A DNA stretch of 55,275 nt from Dimorphilus gyrociliatus (taxonomy: Eukaryota > Animalia > Annelida), in assembly GCA_904063045.1 (NCBI GenBank), contig CAJFCJ010000120.1, positions 35,771 through 91,045 on the forward strand. The letters run 5' to 3'. The notes beneath the pieces were generated by a model. The model was given only the letters and a program-made list of their open reading frames with translations, did not search any database and was not told where the DNA came from. The position numbers and the translations under genes were made by a program. Numbering within the stretch: position 1 is the stretch's first letter; every line of letters starts with the position of its first letter. Of the stretch, positions 47,862 through 55,275 are shown in pieces.

Positions 47862-50580
47862 CTAATCTAATCTGTTATTCATATTTCCTTCGATTTCACT
47901 TAAAATATCATCAAATTCACCAGTGTCTAAGTTCTCCAAATAAGCATTAATTTGTCTCAAAAGTGAAGGTTCAGTTTCCAGTACTTCCAAACTATGTTGC
48001 TGTAGAGGAACATTCTGTAATAAATGACGAAGGTCCAAATTGGCTGATGGGTTTGCCTGTAACAAACCATCATCCATATCTGGTATAGATGAGTCTTGCA
48101 CATCCGGTAAAGGTTGATTATAAACAACACATGCAGATGGAGATTGCATATTATGCAACAGAACATTTTCCAAACCAGGCGAAAACTGGCTTTGCACAGA
48201 AGGTGTTGGTGGCTCAGATCCATCTGGCTGTTCATTAAATTCTGGAATGAATCTGTACTTTCTCCTGAAATATTCAAAAAGAAATAGTAAACAAATTTTG
48301 TATCTTTTACCTAGGAAGAAATAGTTATACCTGTTTTTTGCTTTAAGACGAATTTGGTAGCTGACCTCTTCTGCATTGTAATCATCTTCTGCAGCTGATT
48401 TAAAAAATGCAATAAAATTGTTTTTACATATTGAAAGAACTTTTCTTACCTAATTCAGCGTCATTTTTGTCAAGGGCCTCTTTGAAACATCTCAATTCCA
48501 ATGGCTGATTTTCAATAGGACTAAGCACAACATTCCCTTTGGCAACTAATTTATTCGTAGTTCCATAAATCGTTATTTCATTTAGGGTCTCAAATAAATT
48601 CAAATTTCTTTGTTCCAAATCGCTAATTGTTAAAAAATCTTTTAGATGATAAATTCTTTCTTCTTGTTTCACAGCCAGTGTAAAATTTGCTTTTGGTGTT
48701 GCACTTTGAGTAGCTTCAATTCTACTCTCAGCAAAACGGATAAGAAAAGTTCCATTATTACGACCTGTAAGAATTCTATCGGTAAATCCCTTACTTATAA
48801 AACCATAAACAAATCTAGAGTAAAAACCAAGTGAAATTAATAAGTAAGAATTTGTCTTCTTCTTACCGATTTTCCCAAAACTTTTGGACTCTTTCTGCAG
48901 TTAAAGAATTAATGCATGCCACAAACCAATACCATGGTGTGAAATCTGTTCTATCCTGCTTAGATTTCTTTGTCTGTGATGATCTCTCTGGATATTTTCT
49001 CTATTTTATAAAGAAAATTTGTTAATTAAATGAAATGTTTAGAAAAATATTTCTGTATACTGTTAAAAGATTGGTAAGAGAAATAGTACTGTCATCATTC
49101 TCCAACACTAGTTAAAAATATGAAATAAAAAGGGAAGTATATTAAATTTAAGAAATTTTTTTGCAACATTTACTGAATCTGTTTCTCAAATAGTTGGTTT
49201 GTTCAGCTGTTAGATGTCTACCGGTGTTTGTATGATAATATTCTGACAAAAACATCTTAAATTCATTCCAAGGTTTCTCAGTTGCTTCTCCAAACATTTT
49301 AAGCCAACCCATATTTGCTATAGCTTGAGTATTTTGTGATGTCTGTGAAATAATTACAAATGCTCTTGAGTTGATACACAAATTAAATTCGTGACTATTC
49401 CACTTGAAATTTTTCAAGTAAACATACAAATAATATCTGAGGGCTGCCACAACATTATCTTTATCTGATTTTTGTCTATCCTTGTTATCAGAAGTATTCT
49501 TTAAGCCTAAATCAAATTCAAAATTAACCAATCCATTAGAATTGATTATTTTGTTTGGTGTTTTATTGTGAAGTTCAAAAGAAGATTTAATCAATTGCCT
49601 TTCTTTTCTGTTCAATTTTTGCATCTCTTCCATAATGTTTGTTTTGATTATTCCTGTTGAACATGTCACTTTCAAAGCCTCACTGCACATGAAACGTACA
49701 ATAAAATGAGTCTTTGTGACCAATCGCCTTCCTGTCTTAACAGTTTCAGCTGTTGGTAGCAGAATGATGAGCAATTGGTTTATTAGCTGTTCAAGGTCTT
49801 TGTATAGAACATCTGTAGCTCTTTTTAGGTGATGATGAAAAATCTCGGAAGTCTGTTTTTCCATAAGCAAGTTTGTACAATCAAGCGAGTGGGAATGTTT
49901 TGGTAGTTCATTATTCTTAACCAATGTTTGTATCATGACATCAAACTGCTCTATTGATCTTATGAATGTAGACATTCTGAATTTATATAAAAAAACATTT
50001 TGTTAAAGTTGACTGTTTTACAAAAGAAAATATTGACTTACACTAAATCAAGTGCATTTATACGTTGTACTGATATGTCAGCAAAGTATTTTTCCTCATT
50101 TTTAAATGAATTACACTCATGAAGAAAGATTGATATGGCATTATGAGTTCTATTAACAATTCCATTCACTTGTCCAGTAAAATTCTTTTAAAACAAATGT
50201 TATTAGTAAACATCTGGGTGTATTTATGTTTTATTGTTACCTTGAAGAAATTAATATTTTCCTCTACTAGATGAGACCATTTAAACATTCTCCATTGATA
50301 AACACATTCCTGCAATAAGAGAAAGTTTAAATTTGGGAGGAGGGAGGGGGAAATAATGGTGTTATGTAAATGAGTCATAATTTTACACTAGTTTCTGTTT
50401 GTATAAGTTGAAGATTTGTTTTCTCAATTAATTCTTTATGATACTCTTTATCAATCAGTGACAAACATGAATTCTTGTCAATTTGTTGTCCCTTGGAACT
50501 TCTGTAAAAAAAATATACCATTTTTTACATTTCACTATTTTGATCAAAAGTGAAAGTAGGAATTTTCACCTTTTAGTCAT
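47862..50580 (-). CDS. STAT: STAT-family transcription factor (short coiled coil, DNA-binding, linker, SH2, Tyr tail, acidic TAD)
   Basis: DBD VKTGRRLVTKTHFIVRF and SRAFVIISQTSQ...ANMGW. Linker KPWNEFKMFL...GRHLTAEQTNYLRNRF and DFTPWYWF. SH2 FVYGFISK...GTFLIRFAES (48724-48753). Tail AEDDYNAEEVSY; stop at 47862. Short GT-AG introns join these in frame; the ATG at 50580 is inferred. Confidence 0.9.
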
Positions 50581-51609
50581 TTTTCAGTGTCAGTCAAATT
50601 TTCCAACAATCTCTTCAATGATCACAAAACACAAATTTCCTTTTGTCCAAAAAAATAGAACAATGTGGCACTTTAAATGTTTAAACTCTGCAATTGTATG
50701 CTTTCTGACAGTCACCTGGTGGCAACTAACAGAAACAGAATTCCTTTACCTGCTTGAACAATAGAAGAAAAAACAGGTTGTTATCCAAAATAAATATAAA
50801 CAATTACTCTTACAGTTTTTCACCTTGTCCAATGATTTATAATATTTCTATTATACGGATTAAAAAAATTTCTTTAGCTCGAATTAAAGCGGATACGAAA
50901 ATAGCAGACATATATAGGCCCTTACTCTCTATCAGTGCTATAGGCACTGTGCAATACTGGTTCAATACTACTTGTTGATTGTAAAAATGGAGCTGAAAAA
51001 TCAATGTCTATCATTTATTTTAATGTTATTGCTGTTGACAATTTTGCAAGATTATAAAAGTTATATAATTTGAAAAGTTTGCTATTCAGAAACTGTGATA
51101 GAATTTGGAAACGCGGTGGTAAATATAAAAAAAGGAAAATGCCTAGAAATGCTAGTGAAAATAAAAGTCAAAATTTTATCAAATGACTCTCAGAGAATAT
51201 GTCCTTCTCATATGTTTATTTTATTCCAAAATATGCTGTAGACTGACTTTAAGACAAGAATATCTGGGTAACTGTATACATATATTATCAATTTTGTCAT
51301 TTACTAAAATCCATGGTAACTTTGTCTTTTTTATAGGAGGCTCATATCAGTAGAAATATGTTGCTTAATCCAGTCAAAATAGGTTGAAACCTATGAAATA
51401 TGTAACAAAAGATGTAAAGAAATACAAATGCAATACTGGTAAAAAGTCTTTTATACACTATGAAAAATTTTCATTTGTCTTGATGCTTTTCCCTATTCAA
51501 GTACTGCTTGCTTTTAGTCATCCTATTTGTATAATGCTATAATCAAGTTAAAAGTGACACTACTCAATGGTTGGAAGAATAATAATAAATTTAAAAAAAT
51601 AAAGATTTT

Positions 51610-54600
51610 TCAGTGTTTAGAAAGACTTTTGGCCAGTGTTGTACATAGACAGAAGATAATAACTCTTGTATAAACACTCATTTTCTTAATGCAACCCCTA
51701 TATCCAAAACTTGCTAATCCAATAAGTCTCCAACGGTTATTAATTTTGCAGTGCAATGGTCCACCAGAATCTCCCTGAAAGTGTGAAAACTTAATCAGAA
51801 TAGAAGATTGACCAAATATTCTCCCAAAAAAATAATTCATATTAGAATTAGAACATTTTGTTCTGAATTTAGAAAAAAAAATTCAAAAATTACATACATT
51901 ACAAGATATTCCTTGTACAGTTTTAGATTTTCCAACACAAATCATTCCTGGATATTTAATGATAGAAATAGGATACAATTCTCTTTTACATTCATCTTCT
52001 TCAAACATCTGTTGTTTTACTTTGTATAGAAAGCTAGTGCTGGCTAAAAATAAAAGTATATGTATTCAATATGTAATAAATGTAAATAAATGATATTTAT
52101 AATACAAACTGTCACTGTCCAAACGTCCATAGCCACTAATTTCACATTCATATTTGTTTGTAATACCATAATCTTTTTCTGGCAAACAAATAGGAAGTAT
52201 ATCTGGTGTAAACTTCATTTCATTTGCCAATTTTATAAGAGCAATATCATCTTGTAGAGTAGTTCTTGTAAAACTTTTATGCATATAAATCTGTTCAACT
52301 TGGATTCTTTTTCCATCACCTCTATTATATCGCTCAGTAACACCAAAATCAACTTGGAAATTCTCAGGATTCCTTTAAAGAATACTTTTTATGATAGTTT
52401 GAAAATATAGGATACGAGAGAAAATGTTCACGAGTCAATGCTTTTAACCTAATCCTAATCCATTCCTTGTGTAACTCAACTTTTTCTTTAATCCGTAACC
52501 TTTAGATAAGATCCTTTCGACCCTCATTAGTACAGATCACTCTCTATCTTTGTCCTCTTACCACTTTTCAATTCAAAATCTAGCATTGAAATTTCCCACA
52601 TTTGTGAACATTTTCCATTAACCCCAGATAGTTAGTTACCCTTTTAGAGATCTACATTTAACCCTTAAATAACCATATCCCCATTGACATAGATATGGTA
52701 TATTGTTACAAATGAACTTACATATCATGGTCTACACAATGAGCAGCTGTTAACACATATCTTGGATGGATTAACACAGCTCCACAATATTTCCCATCTT
52801 TGTGGAAGATATAACCCTATTTTGGAATTTATTACCGTAAACTTAAAACTTTCTTTTTAAAGAAAATAATTTCAAAAACCTGCCAAGGTATGTTCTCAAC
52901 ATTTGTTCGTTCTCCTCCAACAATATATTGCTCTCCTCGACCATATTCCAAGCCACAGTACTTCATATTCAAGAAATTTGTTTCTATCATTTTGAATGAA
53001 TACACAAAGTGTAAAAAAAAAATTATATGAATTATTTCTAAAAATTTGATAATTACCTTTTTCTTCTTCAACATACGAACAATTACTTAAATGAATACTT
53101 TGAAGAAGAATACTGTAATTTTGATTAACTGAGGCAGAAGCTTCAATTTCAATCTAAAATTTGAAAATGGAAAGATTGAGAGAGGGCAATCTATAATTGT
53201 AAATTAATCAACTTGTGAAAAATTTCCTAAAAGCTGGTATTTATAATAGAAAGTTTCATTTTCTTTCTTCTCAATTTGTGCAGTAGGATATTGTGAAAAA
53301 TCTGAATTATCATAGAGAACTCTTAGCTTGAATAAAACTTCAGTTGTTGAAAACTTTGAATAACTGCCTAATGTTATAAACATGCAATTATTCTCAGAGT
53401 TGACTATTGTTTTTACAATAGGTGATACAAGTTTAGAACTTTGAGTAGATTTTAAATTTTCACTTGAAATGACCATGACATTTGCTGTAAACAACAAAAG
53501 GACAAATATTATTTTTAATTTTCTATAAAAAAAAGTCTTTAAATTATGTACAATTAAAGATTTTTGAATCAAACATTTTGAACCATTCAAATGGTTGCAT
53601 TGGATTGTTTTTTATTGAATATCCACAATTATCAAAAGCAAAATTGCAATCTTTAAAAAAAAAACAAAATATTTTGAAATTAAATTAAATTTGAAAAAAG
53701 AAAAGAGTTTTAAATTTTAAATTTACCAATTTTTTGTAATACAGTTTCTTTTTGTTGAGTACAATTATAAATTGATTTAAAAATTATATCATCAATAGAT
53801 ATAAACTCAAAGTCAAAAAATCCTCTGGAAAATCTAAAAATAATCTAAAATATCAAGAAATTTTTGTTATTTGTGTTTTTTTTTTTAATTTTTTACACTA
53901 AAGAAAATCCAATTAATTTACTTTAAACTTCTTTTTTGGTAGGTCATGAATTTCAACATAATTCCAAAAATCAATTTTATTGTCAAATTCATATTGATAG
54001 AGTTGAAAATCATTATTTTCTTCTATGATATACACCTTTTGGAAGAGAAACAAATGATAAATAGTATATATATGGCATAATACTTTCTTACATGAAATGT
54101 CCTTTGACCTCTTACTCCACTAAAGTAAAATGATAGACATTGGTGAGAAATTTCATAGAATGGTGTTTCCATGCTTTGAAGTGCATTGATATAAGGAGTA
54201 TTTGTTTTATCAAACAGTAATGCAAATCTACTGCCTGACAAACAAAATATATTTTGAAATTACTCCTATGCTATTAATTTTACAATAACCTCGACTTCTC
54301 CACTGATATCTTGTTGCTGTATACCATTTTGTAAAATTTGTTTCAGGAGAACTTAAATGTTTGGTCAATCCACAAAGCCAATTATAATTAAAGTTGCATA
54401 TAGTTTCTGTTGGAACAAAACAAAATCTTTATTATATATATTAGTGTATTTTATATCATATTTTTGAAGAGCTCTCACAAGACTATATTCACATTTCTTA
54501 AACTACTCAATAAAAGCTCATTGTTTAAAAATATTTATAAAATAATTACTATCTGGAATGAAGGGAATAGTTTCATTATTAATTTGTGTTGGAGTAGGTT

Positions 54601-55275
54601 TACTAAATTCTATTGTAGTTTCTGTTGGAGCAGGTTTAGTAGTTTCTGTCATGAATTCCTTTGAAATATTTAGTGTAGATTCCATTATAATTACAGTTGA
54701 TGTAGATTCTGTAGTTTCTGTTGTAATTCCAGTTGAATCACGTTTCATACTTTCTTCAGTAGTTTGAGATAATGTTGTTTCTTTGGTAATTTTTGATGAA
54801 ATGAACTCATTTGGTTCAGTTGTTGCCATTTCTGTTGAAGTAGGTACAATAGACTCTACTGTTATACCAGGGACAGGAGTTTTTGTAGCCTTTGTTTGAC
54901 TTTTTCCTGAGGTATGTTCATTAGGTTCAGTTGTAATTTCTGATGCAACCAATTCAGTAGGTTCAGTTGAAGTAGGTTTGTTACCCTTTGTGAGCATTAT
55001 AGTTGAATCTACTATTGTAGATTTTGTTGTAATTTCTATGGAAGAATCCTCAGTATGATCTGTTTGAATCTTAGTTGATACTGTTTTAGTAACTTCTTTG
55101 ATTTTTTCTGATGAAACGTCCTGAGAAACATGCTTAGTTGGTTCTATTGAAATTTGTGATGAAAATGATTCAATAGGCATTTTGGTAATTTCTGATGAAA
55201 GGGATTCAGTATGTTCTTTAGAAATTGTATTTAAAGCAGGTTTAGTAGGTTCTGTTGTAAATATAACCAGCGTTG
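51610..55275 (-). CDS. Mosaic S1A serine protease: Ser/Thr-rich mucin stalk, MAM-like domain(s), protease domain; 5' end beyond the window
   Basis: T/S/E-rich exon 54550-55275. MAM-like CNFNYNWLCG...W and GSRFALL...METPFYEISHQCLSFYF. Activation site CG...EQY|IVGG...PWQ. Catalytic triad LTAAHC (H at 52739), DDIALIKL (D at 52246), GDSGGP (S at 51766). Confidence 0.92.

Noticed and set aside
1-55275. tRNA or rRNA genes
   Set aside because: No cloverleaf, A/B-box or rRNA signature was recognised by eye; tRNAscan-SE or Infernal would be needed to exclude them formally.

Overview
AT-rich eukaryotic (metazoan) genomic DNA with very short GT-AG introns (about 55-65 bp) and three assembly gaps (5299-5438, 15303-15622, 32235-32891). 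The gene content fits a compact invertebrate genome; a lophotrochozoan is plausible but is only an inference. No rRNA, tRNA or CRISPR signal was found. The window is a transposon-rich region of gene birth and death. Apparently intact genes: a GRL101-like LGR receptor (lectin/SRCR-like modules, 6 LDLa, LRR, 7TM; minus, 21189-27143), a single-CUB transmembrane protein (45826-46376), a divergent STAT that seems to lack the N-domain (minus, 47862-50580) and a mucin/MAM/serine-protease mosaic gene running off the right edge. At least six decayed LGR copies, an ABCC transporter pseudogene, a 3xSUEL rhamnose-binding-lectin gene with lesions and a VWA fragment surround them. Mobile DNA: a complete Mutator (Phantom-like) element at 8434-11142 with 130-bp complex TIRs, a perfect 9-bp TSD and an intact 4-exon PHD-FLYWCH-DDE transposase; Tc1, Ty3/gypsy and BEL/Pao remnants; and a ~700-bp dispersed repeat in at least 10 copies. 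The largest structure is a near-perfect 4.1-kb inverted repeat (32892-37005 / 38232-42346) whose 1.2-kb spacer holds two MULE/FLYWCH remnants. All calls come from manual translation and motif recognition; no database search was run.
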